A stretch of 64,000 nucleotides of DNA from an uncultured archaeon (GCA_964549685.1 CAZJVE010000003.1:17706-81705), one strand, 5' to 3'. Positions 32,340 to 41,887 are shown, numbered from the stretch's first letter. Notes: generated by a model from the sequence alone, not told the origin. Numbers and translations are program-made.

Positions 32340-33038
32340 ATGCAAGACAAGATAACTCTGGACAGGGAGACCTTCAAGGCCCTTGCGATGGACACCAGAG
32401 TCAAGATATTGAAGAGGCTGGACGAGAACTACCAGTACACGCTGACGGACCTGGCCAGTGAAATGGACATGGCCCCCTCCACCATCAAGGAGCACCTGGA
32501 CAAACTGCTCGAGGTGGGGCTGATTAAGCAGGTGGAAAGAGGGAAAAAATGGAAATATTACCGCCTTACTGACAAGGGGAAGAAGATTCTCAATCCGTAT
32601 GAGAAAAGGGTGATGATAGTCCTTGCAGCAACGATGCTCTTCCTATTCGGCGTCGTCTACCGCCTTATCTACCTGATGGGCGGTCTTGTTAAGCCAGTAA
32701 TTGTGCAGCAGGTTCCTGGCATACTTGCGGGGACTGCCAAGAAGGAGACAGCGCTCGACCTCACCAGGGGAGCCGAGAAGGCGCTGACTACTGTTCCTGC
32801 CGATAGTATGGAGTACGCCGACACTGCGCTTAGTGCCGCGGAGGAGGGCGCGGCGGAGACAACGACCACGGTAATTGCAACTGTTGAAGAAGCGGCGAGT
32901 ACAATAATAGAAACAACGACCATACCGGCAGAATTCCCGGTCATGGAGCTTCCCTATGCCGAATTAGTCCTCGCACTGGTTCTTACCCTAATTGCAGGGA
33001 TATGCATAGGATATTTAGTCAGGAGGAGAATAACTTAA
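32340..33038 (+). CDS. ArsR/SdpR-like winged-helix regulator with TM segments and Thr/Ala-rich extracytoplasmic stretch
   Basis: 'FKALAMDTRVKILKRL...YTLTDLASEMDMAPSTIKEHLDKLLEVGLI' (ArsR HTH), then the helix 'VMIVLAATMLFLFGVVYRLIYLM' and a C-terminal helix 'LVLALVLTLIAGICIGYLV'. Confidence 0.75.
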   Translation: MQDKITLDRETFKALAMDTRVKILKRLDENYQYTLTDLASEMDMAPSTIKEHLDKLLEVGLIKQVERGKKWKYYRLTDKGKKILNPYEKRVMIVLAATMLFLFGVVYRLIYLMGGLVKPVIVQQVPGILAGTAKKETALDLTRGAEKALTTVPADSMEYADTALSAAEEGAAETTTTVIATVEEAASTIIETTTIPAEFPVMELPYAELVLALVLTLIAGICIGYLVRRRIT

Positions 33039-33042
33039 TGTC

Positions 33043-34134
33043 ATGAAGATTGGGATATTCACGGACACCTATTTTCCGCAGATTAACGGCGTAACCTTCA
33101 CGGTAAAGGCCTGGAAGGATAGACTTAAGGAAACGCATGAGGTATCCATCTATTATCCAAAGGGGAAGTACAAGCCGGAACATGACGAATTTCCCTTCAA
33201 GTCCATGGAGTTCAAGTTCTACAAGGGCTACAAGGTTGCCTTTCCCGTTGACATATCAAGGAAGGCAAAGGACCTGGACATAGTCCACATCCACGGGCTG
33301 TTCTCGATGGCCCTGGCTGGGCTTTACGTCTCAAAAAGATACAAGCTGCCGAGAATTCTCACATACCATACACCTGCCGACCAGTACATCAGCTACATGA
33401 CCAAGAACAAGACCCTCCAGAGCAGCCTGATGAAACTCTATAACCTCTGGGAGAGAAAGCTGCTGAATTCCTGCGACTTTGTCACATGCCCGTCAAACCC
33501 CATCAGGAAGATGCTGCTGAAGAAGGGCGTGAAAGACGTAACCGTTCTCTCCAACGGCATAGACCTGGAATTCTTCAGGCCGACCGACCCGGCACAGTTC
33601 AGGGAGAAATTCGGGGTTAAGGCTGAAAAGGTGATAGGATTCTGCGGCCGCTTCGGCTATGAAAAGCACCTGGAGGACCTGATAGGAATCGCTGATAAAT
33701 TCGACGGAGATATTCTGATTGCCGGAATGGGCCCTGCCGAGGCGCATTTCAAGAAACTCGGCAAGGGGAAGAAGAATGTGAAATTCATCGGCTTTCTTAC
33801 AAGAGAGGAGCTGCTTGCGTTCTACTCCTGCCTTGACATCTTTGTGTTTCCGTCAACGGCAGAAACCCAGGGCCTTGTTGCCTTGGAGGCGATGGCCTGC
33901 GGAACTCCAGTTGTTGGAGCAGATGCAATGGCCCTGAAAGATACCATTCAGGAGGGGGTGAATGGCTATAGGTATAAACAGGGCGACCTGAAGAAACTGA
34001 TGCAGCTGATTGACAAGGCCTACAAGAACAAGGATGAGCTGGCCAGTAACGGCCTTGAGACGGTGAAGGAACACTCGCTACACAATACTGTCGAGAAACT
34101 GAACGAAATCTACGAGAAGTTAGCCAGTCGCTGA
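33043..34134 (+). CDS. Glycosyltransferase family 4
   Basis: 'MKIGIFTDTYFPQINGV', 'FPSTAETQGLVALEAMACGTPVV'. Confidence 0.88.
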   Translation: MKIGIFTDTYFPQINGVTFTVKAWKDRLKETHEVSIYYPKGKYKPEHDEFPFKSMEFKFYKGYKVAFPVDISRKAKDLDIVHIHGLFSMALAGLYVSKRYKLPRILTYHTPADQYISYMTKNKTLQSSLMKLYNLWERKLLNSCDFVTCPSNPIRKMLLKKGVKDVTVLSNGIDLEFFRPTDPAQFREKFGVKAEKVIGFCGRFGYEKHLEDLIGIADKFDGDILIAGMGPAEAHFKKLGKGKKNVKFIGFLTREELLAFYSCLDIFVFPSTAETQGLVALEAMACGTPVVGADAMALKDTIQEGVNGYRYKQGDLKKLMQLIDKAYKNKDELASNGLETVKEHSLHNTVEKLNEIYEKLASR

Positions 34135-35394
34135 ATCCAGCCCGAGGCTGTCCTTGACTATTGTCTTTATTTCCTGTGGAGGATAACCAAGCCTTATCAG
34201 CCTTGTCGTGCCTCTTACTCCCTTACCTGACGCCCTCAGCGTAATCATACCCAGCATCTCTAATTCGTTCAGATAGTCTGAAAACTGCCTCATGGTCCTC
34301 GGGTTCCGCTCCAGTGAATTACAGTTGCCCTCATATGCCTCATACACCTCGCCGCTGAAGAGGTCGCCGTTATGTATCCCGGAAAGCCTCTTGTACATGC
34401 CCCCCTGCGATGCAAGCGCCGCTATCGAGTACATGACAATCTGCTGGTGCTCTGGGAGGGTGCTTATCGCCTCGGCCATTATGTCTGTTTCAACTGCATT
34501 CTTCGCCTTCCCGACGTCATCGGCATTAACCTTCTTCCTCCCGGAGTCCTGCGCTATCTCCCCCGCCTTCTGCAGCAGCTTTAATGCATACCTGGCATCG
34601 CCGTCCTGGGCCGCAAACGCCGAAATCCTTGAGATGGCAGAATCATCCATAGTCTTCTTCTGGAATCCCGCCGCTACTCTCTGCTTTAGGATGCTCTTCA
34701 GCTGCATGGCGTTGTAGGGCTTGAACAGCCGCTCCTCCTCACACAGCGTGCTTTTGGTCCGTGGGTCCAGCCGTTTCTTAAACCTTGCATCGTTCGATAT
34801 CCCTATTACCGAGAGTGAGCCGGATTTTATCTCGTCGTTTATCCTGGTTAAGAGGTAGACAACATCATTTAGGCCCTTGGTTATCATGTCAATCTCATCG
34901 AGAACGACTACGATGTTAAGGCCGTTGTCCTGGATAACCTTCAGGAGCCTTTCGTACAAATCCGCGGGGTCCATGCCCTTCAGCCCTTTATCAGACCTGT
35001 CGGAGAGGGGAATGCTCTTCAGCCCCTCGGTGTTCAGGGCCTCGTCCTCCAGAATCTTCAGGAAAACCTGGTATTTCGAGTTCCTTACCTTGCAGTTCAT
35101 ATACACGACTCCCACTATAACGTTGTTGGAATTCTTATCCGGGTTTTGGACGAATTCCTCCAGTTTCCTGAGAACGTATTTTACCGATACTGTCTTTCCT
35201 GTGCCTGTCTTCCCATAGACGAAGATGTTGTCCGGCTTCTCGTTCCTCAGGACGTGGGCTATAATCCGCGTCAGGTCCCTTATCTCGTTCTCCCTGTGAG
35301 GAAGCTCCACTGGAACATAGTGCGGAGACAGGATTGAGACGTTCTTGAATATCTTTCTTTCCTTCAGCTCCTTTTCGAATAAATCGTCTACCAT
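34120..35394 (-). CDS. cdc6: Orc1/Cdc6 replication initiator
   Basis: Walker A 'YGKTGTGKT', 'VVVLDEID', sensor regions and a C-terminal winged helix. 424 aa. Confidence 0.9.
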   Translation of the reverse strand: MVDDLFEKELKERKIFKNVSILSPHYVPVELPHRENEIRDLTRIIAHVLRNEKPDNIFVYGKTGTGKTVSVKYVLRKLEEFVQNPDKNSNNVIVGVVYMNCKVRNSKYQVFLKILEDEALNTEGLKSIPLSDRSDKGLKGMDPADLYERLLKVIQDNGLNIVVVLDEIDMITKGLNDVVYLLTRINDEIKSGSLSVIGISNDARFKKRLDPRTKSTLCEEERLFKPYNAMQLKSILKQRVAAGFQKKTMDDSAISRISAFAAQDGDARYALKLLQKAGEIAQDSGRKKVNADDVGKAKNAVETDIMAEAISTLPEHQQIVMYSIAALASQGGMYKRLSGIHNGDLFSGEVYEAYEGNCNSLERNPRTMRQFSDYLNELEMLGMITLRASGKGVRGTTRLIRLGYPPQEIKTIVKDSLGLDSATG

Positions 35395-35472
35395 TTTCCT
35401 GGCTAGGTTGTTTTTTAACCAAAGAAGTATAATTTATTAAGTAATCCTTTTAATTAACTGGTGAGACTAAAA

Positions 35473-35841
35473 ATGGTGCTTAAGAAGATTTTAGGGCGTG
35501 GAGAAGAGGTGGAAGAGGAGGAGATAGACATAGAGGAGTATCTCAATGATCTAAGCATAAGGGAAGGCAAAATCATCGAAAGGGACGACATCACCTACGT
35601 AAAGCCAGTTGACCTTGACAGGGAGGGCGGAGGACTGGCCCAGGCCATGCAGGAGCTGGAGAAGGACAACATAGTCGTCCTGAACGTAAGAACCCTTATG
35701 GACAACAAGCTGCTCCTGAGGAAGATAGTCAAGGAGTTGAGGGATGCCTGCCTCGATGCAGATGGAGATATAGGTAAAATATCAGACGAGAAGATTCTGA
35801 TAGTCCCCAGCGGAATGAGAATAGTCCATAGGGGAAGCTAA
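35473..35841 (+). CDS. sepF: Archaeal SepF-like cell-division protein
   Basis: Acidic N-terminal region, 'YVKPVDL', 'LEKDNIVVLNV', 'DIGKISDEKILIVPSGMRI' (DUF552/SepF core). ATG at 35473. The track start at 35461 is GTG. Confidence 0.75.
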   Translation: MVLKKILGRGEEVEEEEIDIEEYLNDLSIREGKIIERDDITYVKPVDLDREGGGLAQAMQELEKDNIVVLNVRTLMDNKLLLRKIVKELRDACLDADGDIGKISDEKILIVPSGMRIVHRGS

Positions 35842-35849
35842 CCCGTAGG

Positions 35850-36452
35850 ATGAGAGTTTTTGGAACGAATGTTGGCTTCATTGAGTCTGTAATTGCAGTA
35901 TGTTTTCTCGCCTTTATGGCCATCCAGATAGGGGGCAGGGCGGTCATTGCACTTATCGTATTGAGCCCCAGCACTGTTGCGATTTTTCCATGGACAGTTG
36001 TAAGCAGCATATTCGCCCACGCCGGAGTAACGCATCTCATATTCAACATGCTCGGGATGTACCTCTGGGGGAGCTATTTGCAGTCGATTATAGGTGAAAA
36101 GAGGCTGATAAGGGTTTTCTTTGCCGGCGGTCTTCTGGGAAGCGTCTTAAGCGTCATAATCTATTCAATCTCTAATCCCACAGTCTTTGTTCTCGGGGCT
36201 TCTGGAGCCATATTCGCAATCGCAGCAACCCTTGCAATGTTGAGGCCAAATATGAGGGTTATGATGATTCCAGTTCCTATCCCCATGCAGCTATGGAAGG
36301 CGGTATTTGGATTCATGCTGCTTCTCTCATTCATTCCCGGAACTGCGTGGCCGGGCCATCTTGGAGGGCTTGTAGCAGGGGCATTGATGGGACACTTCTA
36401 CAAGAAAAAAGGCATCGGCAAGGCGCCGGCTCATGGCTTCAGATTCTACTAA
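35850..36452 (+). CDS. Rhomboid-family intramembrane serine protease
   Basis: 'HAGVTHLIFNMLGMYLWG', catalytic 'GASGAIFAI', 'GHLGGLVAGALMG'. Confidence 0.88.
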   Translation: MRVFGTNVGFIESVIAVCFLAFMAIQIGGRAVIALIVLSPSTVAIFPWTVVSSIFAHAGVTHLIFNMLGMYLWGSYLQSIIGEKRLIRVFFAGGLLGSVLSVIIYSISNPTVFVLGASGAIFAIAATLAMLRPNMRVMMIPVPIPMQLWKAVFGFMLLLSFIPGTAWPGHLGGLVAGALMGHFYKKKGIGKAPAHGFRFY

Positions 36453-36454
36453 AA

Positions 36455-38239
36455 CTACCTCCCGAAATAATCATTCCAGGACTTTACCTCCATCTCCCTG
36501 TGCCTTACCAGGTCGATGGCATTGGCAGCAGCCAGAGCCCCTGCCACGGTCGTTATATAGGGGACATCCAAATCCACGGCGCTGCATCTAATCTTATAGC
36601 CATCTCTCTTCGGCTTCTTTCCGATGGTGGGTGTGTTTATTATGAGGTCTATGCTTTTTTCCCTCATCAAGTCGAGAACATTGGGGCTTCCCTCACTTAT
36701 CTTCAGGACCTTCCGGTTATCCACCCCATTCTTTGTCAGGAAATCGGAGGTTCCGGTCGTAGCGATTATCTCAAAACCCATATCCGAAAATTTCTTGGCT
36801 ATTGGAAGAAGCACTGGCTGATGCTTCGTGTTAACACTCATGAATATCTTTCCTTGCAATGGCAACTCGTTGCCTGCTGCAATCTGAGACTTGTAATAGG
36901 CCATTGCAAAGTCACGGTCTATACCCATAACCTCTCCAGTCGATTTCATCTCAGGGCCGAGGACCGGGTCGACATTCGGCAGTTTTATGAATGGAAAAAC
37001 GACCTCCTTTACCGAAACGTGCTTGATCTTCCCCATTGGATTAAAATCAGTAACTATGTCCTTCAGCTTCATCCCAATCATTGCCTTGGCCGCTATCTTT
37101 GCCAATGGAATCCCGACCGATTTGCCGACAAACGGAACGGTTCTTGATGATCTTGGATTGGCTTCCAGTGCATAGACCTTTCCGTCCCTTACAGCGTACT
37201 GTATATTCAGCAGGCCGACGACGTTCAGTTCAAGAGCAAGCTTCTTCGAATACTCCTCTATTGTCTTGATTATCCCCTTCTCCAGAGTCTGTGGCGGAAT
37301 TACGCATGCTGAATCTCCGGAATGGATTCCCGCCTCTTCGATGTGCTCCATTATAGCTCCTATAAGAACGTCCTTTCCGTCAGAGACGACATCGACATCA
37401 ACCTCAACAGCATCCTGAAGGAACTTGTCCACCAGAATCGGGTGCTTCGGCGACACCCTGACTGCCTCCTGGATGTAGTCCTCAAGTTCATCCTCGTCAT
37501 GAACTATCTCCATTGCTCTCCCACCAAGAACATAGCTCGGCCTTACGAGGACCGGGTATCCGATTCTCGAGGCAATCTCTTTTGCCTCCTTGAAGCTGTG
37601 AGCCGTGCCCCAGTCAGCAGAGGGTATCTTCAGTTTATCCAGAACCTTCCCGAAGAGGTCCCTGTTCTCTGCCCGGTCTATGTCCTCCGGCCTTGTGCCG
37701 AGAATCTTTACGCCGTTCTCATTTAATGAATGCACGAGATTTATTGCCGTCTGGCCCCCGAACTGGACCATCACTCCAAGCAGGTTTTTGGACTCCTCCT
37801 CAACGATATCCATAACATTCTCGAGTGTTATTGGCTCGAAGTACAGCTTGTCGGATATATCAAAATCCGTAGAAACCGTCTCAGGGTTGTTGTTAACAAC
37901 AACAGTCTCAATCCCTACCTCCCCTAATGCGAATACTGCATGCACCGTGCAGCAATCGAATTCTATCCCCTGGCCAATCCTTATTGGACCGGAGCCGAGA
38001 ATTATGACCTTCTTCTTGTCTGAAACCTCGGATTCATCCTCGTGCTCATAGGTCGAATAGTAGTAGGGCGTTTCTGCATCGAATTCGGCTGCACACGTAT
38101 CGACCATCTTATAGGTGGTTTCTATGGAACTCTTCCTTCTCAATTCCCTCAGCTTTTTCTCATCCCCCAACTGACTGTCCAGAAAGCCCATTCTCTTCAG
38201 CTTCTTTAGTTCCTCTGCATCAATCTTGACCATATCCAT
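36455..38239 (-). CDS. carB: Carbamoyl-phosphate synthase large subunit, C-terminal half only (split CarB)
   Basis: 594 aa. Begins in the oligomerisation-domain region ('GFLDSQL...YKMVDTCAAEFDAETPYYYSTYE'). Contains one ATP-grasp unit ('VIILGSGPIRIGQGIEFDCC', 'VLVRPSYVLGGRAMEIV') and the MGS-like allosteric domain. No first ATP-grasp half adjacent. Confidence 0.88.
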   Translation of the reverse strand: MDMVKIDAEELKKLKRMGFLDSQLGDEKKLRELRRKSSIETTYKMVDTCAAEFDAETPYYYSTYEHEDESEVSDKKKVIILGSGPIRIGQGIEFDCCTVHAVFALGEVGIETVVVNNNPETVSTDFDISDKLYFEPITLENVMDIVEEESKNLLGVMVQFGGQTAINLVHSLNENGVKILGTRPEDIDRAENRDLFGKVLDKLKIPSADWGTAHSFKEAKEIASRIGYPVLVRPSYVLGGRAMEIVHDEDELEDYIQEAVRVSPKHPILVDKFLQDAVEVDVDVVSDGKDVLIGAIMEHIEEAGIHSGDSACVIPPQTLEKGIIKTIEEYSKKLALELNVVGLLNIQYAVRDGKVYALEANPRSSRTVPFVGKSVGIPLAKIAAKAMIGMKLKDIVTDFNPMGKIKHVSVKEVVFPFIKLPNVDPVLGPEMKSTGEVMGIDRDFAMAYYKSQIAAGNELPLQGKIFMSVNTKHQPVLLPIAKKFSDMGFEIIATTGTSDFLTKNGVDNRKVLKISEGSPNVLDLMREKSIDLIINTPTIGKKPKRDGYKIRCSAVDLDVPYITTVAGALAAANAIDLVRHREMEVKSWNDYFGR

Positions 38240-38273
38240 ATATATTTAAATTCATTCAATATATTCAGTATCC

Positions 38274-39155
38274 ATGAAAACCGATAGGATAAAGGAATGG
38301 TTAAAGGCGCTCATTGATATTCTGAGGCTAAGAAACGGCATTATGTCATTCTTCGGCGTTTTGATTGCAGCCGAGATAGCGCTCTATGGCGGCCATCTTA
38401 TGCTACCTGTCAGGGTAATAATCGCAGGAATCTCTGCAGCCATGATAACCAGTGCCGGAAATATAATCAACGACTACTTCGACGTTGAGATAGACAAGAT
38501 TAACAAGCCGGACAGGCCCATCCCATCAGGGAGGATATCCAGGAGCGACGCCCTCATGCTGTCGTTCGCTCTCTTCATGATAGGGCTCGGCTTGGCAAAA
38601 TATGTGAACGTCTACTGTCTCGCCCTTGCGGGACTGAACTCCGTTCTCCTGATAATATACGGCAGATACTCAAAGAAGATGTTCATCATCTCGAATCTCA
38701 TAGTGAGTTACCTTGTTGCCTCAATATTTATCTTTGGAGCGCTGTCCGTGATAAATATGGCTGATTTCGGTTCGATGGGTTTGAGGCTCGTGGCTTTATT
38801 GTCCTCCTGCGCGTTCCTTATAACCCTCTCAAGGGAGATTGTAAAGGACGTTGAGGACATTGAGGGCGATAAAAAGAACTACTGCAGCACGCTGCCCATA
38901 TGCATAGGCCCGGATAATGCAAAGAACCTGGCAAAGATCTTCATTGCCTTCGCCATAGTCCTGAGCCTTGTGCCGTTTGTAACGCAACCAGTTAGATTCG
39001 ACCTTTTGTCCTATGCTCTCCCGATAATAGCTGCGGACCTCATCTTCATCATATCACTGACAATGAGCCCGACAATCGCGCAGAGGATTATGGTTTTCGC
39101 CATGTTTCTTGCATTAGTTGGCTTCTCCCTCGGTGCAATAATGCCAAAGGTATAA
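38274..39155 (+). CDS. UbiA-family prenyltransferase, digeranylgeranylglyceryl phosphate synthase-like
   Basis: 'NIINDYFDVEIDKINKPDRPIPSGRIS' and 'REIVKDVEDIEGD' (two Asp-rich motifs). Polytopic. Confidence 0.85.
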   Translation: MKTDRIKEWLKALIDILRLRNGIMSFFGVLIAAEIALYGGHLMLPVRVIIAGISAAMITSAGNIINDYFDVEIDKINKPDRPIPSGRISRSDALMLSFALFMIGLGLAKYVNVYCLALAGLNSVLLIIYGRYSKKMFIISNLIVSYLVASIFIFGALSVINMADFGSMGLRLVALLSSCAFLITLSREIVKDVEDIEGDKKNYCSTLPICIGPDNAKNLAKIFIAFAIVLSLVPFVTQPVRFDLLSYALPIIAADLIFIISLTMSPTIAQRIMVFAMFLALVGFSLGAIMPKV

Positions 39156-39192
39156 CTTAAATTCTGAATCTAATTATTAGAATATCTATTCG

Positions 39193-39304
39193 GCCTCAGT
39201 AGCTCAGTAGGTAGAGCGTTGCCTTGGTATCGCGACCTCGTCGCGATGACGGAGCGTAAGCGACAGAAAGGCAAAGGTCGTGGGTTCGATTCCCACCTGA
39301 GGCT
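39193..39304 (+). tRNA. tRNA-Thr (GGU) with a 39-nt intron in the anticodon loop
   Basis: Acceptor GCCTCAG/CTGAGGC, D arm GCTC-AGTAGGTA-GAGC, anticodon stem TTGCC/GGCAA, T arm GTGGG-TTCGATT-CCCAC, discriminator U. Between loop TTGGTA and A-GGCAA lie 39 nt (39230..39268, with boundary ambiguity from the A run). The spliced product is 73 nt. Confidence 0.85.
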
Positions 39305-39313
39305 TATTTCTGC

Positions 39314-41053
39314 TCAGTATTTCTCAAGTGTTGAAGTGTCTCCCAAGGGAAGGCCTAACTCCTGCGCCTTGAGAAGCCGCCTCATTATTTTCCCGCTTCT
39401 TGTTTTCGGCAAGGACTTCCTGAACTCTATCTCCCTTGGATATGCGTGGCCTGCAAGCCGTGTCTTGACGAACTTCTGGACATCCTTCATCAGCTTGTCC
39501 GTGGGCTTGTATCTCTCCCTCAGAACAACGAAGGCCTTTACTATCTCCCCCCTCATCTTGTCAGGTTTTCCTATCACTCCGGCTTCCACTATTGCGGGAT
39601 GCTCCACAAGAGCTGATTCTACTTCAAAGGGCCCAACCCTCTCCCCTGCTGTCTTGATAACATCATCAGCACGACCTATAAACCAGAAATAACCGTCCTC
39701 GTCCATCCATGCCTTATCTCCTGAGATGTACCACTTCTTCCTAAAATATGACTTATACTTCTGGGGATTCCCCCATATCTCCCTCATCATTGATGGCCAC
39801 CCAGGCTTCAGGGCCAGGTCTCCCTCGGTTCCGGGCGGAAGCTCCTTCCCATTGTCATCGATTATAGCAGCGCTAACCCCGGGAAAAGGCTTGCCCATGG
39901 ACCCCGGTTTGATGGGCATGCAAGCATAATTTGCAATGAGAATTCCGCCGCCCTCGGTCTGCCACCAGTTGTCGTGAAACGGAAGCCCGAACACCTTTAA
40001 ACTCCAGCGTATCGGCTCAGGGTTTAATGGTTCTCCAACTGAGCATAAATGCCTCAGGGTTGAGAGGTCGTATTTTTTCGGGAGCCTGTTGCCGGCCTTC
40101 ATCAGCATCCGTATGGCAGTAGGAGCAGTATACCATATGCTGACCTTATATTTCTCAATCAATGAATACCACTTCTCTGGATTGAACCTCCCTGCGTAGA
40201 CAACCTGGGAAACGCCACTGGACCAGGAGCCAAGGATTTCATAGGCGACACCCGTGACCCATCCCGGGTCTGCGGTGCACCAGTAGACATCATCGTCATT
40301 CAAATCGAGAACCCATTTTGCAGTTATGTGCTCCTGAATTATGGAGTAATGGGCGTGCATCACGCCCTTCGGCTTTCCTGTTGTTCCTGACGTATAGAGC
40401 ATGAAGGCATGGTCTTCGGGGTCCATCTCCCTCGTTTTGAAATTCCTGCTCGCCCGGTCCATCTCCTTTTCATAGCATACCTCGTTGTGATGGAAGTTTT
40501 TGTCCCCCACAAGAATAATCTTCTCAAGCTCAGGCAGCTCCTTCTCGATCTGGTAGGCCCTGTGCTTCAGTTCGGAATTAGTTATAAGAAATTTCGCCCC
40601 GGAATTCTCCAGCCTGTCCTTGATTCCCTGCGGACCAAATGCGGAGAACATAGTGCCAGCGATGGCTCCGGTCTTCACAATGCCCAGAAAGCTTATATAC
40701 AGCTCCGGAATCCTCGGCAGGAATATGAATACTCTGTCACCTTTCCTGACACCCATCTTCTTCAGGACGTTGGCGAATTTATTGGACAGATTCTTAAGGT
40801 CCTGGAACGTGTATTTCTCCTCCTCCCCGTCGGCTCCCTCCCAGTAGAGCGCTACCTTGTTCTTTCTCCACCCGTTTGCGTGCCTGTCAATCGCGTTATG
40901 GGCGACATTAATCTTTCTTCCCTTGAAGAACTCAATCTCCTTCTCCATATCCTTCCATCTGAAATCATTTACTGCATCATCATAGTCCCTAAAGTTGGGC
41001 TCCTTCTTTAGTTTTTTCTTATGAACAAGTTTAGAAGACTGCATTTTTATCAT
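39314..41053 (-). CDS. AMP-forming acetyl/acyl-CoA synthetase
   Basis: 'MLYTSGTTGKPKGV', 'WWQTEGGG', 'YISGDKAWMDEDGYFWFIGRADDVIK', 'LPKTRSGKIMRR'. Confidence 0.88.
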   Translation of the reverse strand: MIKMQSSKLVHKKKLKKEPNFRDYDDAVNDFRWKDMEKEIEFFKGRKINVAHNAIDRHANGWRKNKVALYWEGADGEEEKYTFQDLKNLSNKFANVLKKMGVRKGDRVFIFLPRIPELYISFLGIVKTGAIAGTMFSAFGPQGIKDRLENSGAKFLITNSELKHRAYQIEKELPELEKIILVGDKNFHHNEVCYEKEMDRASRNFKTREMDPEDHAFMLYTSGTTGKPKGVMHAHYSIIQEHITAKWVLDLNDDDVYWCTADPGWVTGVAYEILGSWSSGVSQVVYAGRFNPEKWYSLIEKYKVSIWYTAPTAIRMLMKAGNRLPKKYDLSTLRHLCSVGEPLNPEPIRWSLKVFGLPFHDNWWQTEGGGILIANYACMPIKPGSMGKPFPGVSAAIIDDNGKELPPGTEGDLALKPGWPSMMREIWGNPQKYKSYFRKKWYISGDKAWMDEDGYFWFIGRADDVIKTAGERVGPFEVESALVEHPAIVEAGVIGKPDKMRGEIVKAFVVLRERYKPTDKLMKDVQKFVKTRLAGHAYPREIEFRKSLPKTRSGKIMRRLLKAQELGLPLGDTSTLEKY

Positions 41054-41083
41054 TAGACTATTTCTCGCAGAAGTTAAAAAGAT

Positions 41084-41887
41084 TCATTTTCCTTTTGATT
41101 GGATAATGACGGAGTTTATAAGAGCCCCGAGCAAAAGGAGAACCGCTGTGATGTAAACCCATGTGAGTAGAACTATTATCCCCCCTATGGAGCCGTAGAT
41201 TACGCTATATCTTCCAAAATTCCTTACATAGAATCTGAAGACATAGGTTGCAAGAATCCAGACGAAGGAGAAGAACGCTGCTCCAGGTAAAAGCCTGTGG
41301 AAGGGCCGGTTTATGTTTGGCACGAACCTGTTCAGGAGCAGTATATTCAGGGTTACAAGAACGAATGTTCCGGCCACCTGGAGCAGCTCCAAAGGCAGAT
41401 TACCTCCGCCCGCCCATCCGAGAATCGTGTCCCCGATGAAGACAAACATTGTTGAAAGCATGAAGAGAGAAACAGCAACGATGAGCAGAACCATCGAGAA
41501 TATCTTCCTCCTGAGGAATGACCTGCTCTCCTCCACCTCGTAAATCCTGTCGAATGCCTTTATCGTAGAGTCCATTACTGTCGAGCCGGCCCATAGGGTA
41601 ATCAGTAAGCTCAGGCCGAATATACCTATTGAATTGGAGCCAATCATGTCCACAATTGCACTGTTTATGAAATCTATCGCCATTGGGGGTGCAAAGTCAT
41701 AGATGAGGACAAAAAACTGGGCCTGTATACCGGAGTATTTAGACAGAAGGCCAACAATGGAAACTAGAAGGAGGAGGAATGGGAACATAGAGAACAGGCT
41801 CTGGTACGATATTTCAGCAGATAAACCGAAACAGTCGTGCCTGTTGAATTTTTCATATATCCTTTTTACAAATTCCATTAATTTCAT
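41084..41887 (-). CDS. YihY/BrkB-family membrane protein
   Basis: 'CFGLSAEISYQSLFSMFPFLLLLVS' and 'YGSIGGIIVLLTWVYI' are typical of YihY. ATG at 41887 (MKLMEF). The longer track start would overlap the divergent gene. Confidence 0.75.
   Translation of the reverse strand: MKLMEFVKRIYEKFNRHDCFGLSAEISYQSLFSMFPFLLLLVSIVGLLSKYSGIQAQFFVLIYDFAPPMAIDFINSAIVDMIGSNSIGIFGLSLLITLWAGSTVMDSTIKAFDRIYEVEESRSFLRRKIFSMVLLIVAVSLFMLSTMFVFIGDTILGWAGGGNLPLELLQVAGTFVLVTLNILLLNRFVPNINRPFHRLLPGAAFFSFVWILATYVFRFYVRNFGRYSVIYGSIGGIIVLLTWVYITAVLLLLGALINSVIIQSKGK

Noticed and set aside
35395-35472. Replication origin next to orc1/cdc6
   Set aside because: The intergenic region is only about 78 nt and AT-rich, without repeated ORB-like elements or an extended unwinding region. 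No other long non-coding stretch flanks orc1, so an origin cannot be supported from this window.
36293-37147. 284-aa ORF on the plus strand
   Set aside because: Entirely antisense to the well-supported carB C-terminal half. The translation is low-complexity with no recognisable motifs. Typical shadow ORF.
39219-39692. 157-aa plus-strand ORF
   Set aside because: Starts inside the tRNA-Thr intron and runs antisense to the acyl-CoA synthetase gene.
40409-41011. 200-aa plus-strand ORF
   Set aside because: Antisense to the acyl-CoA synthetase gene. No motifs.
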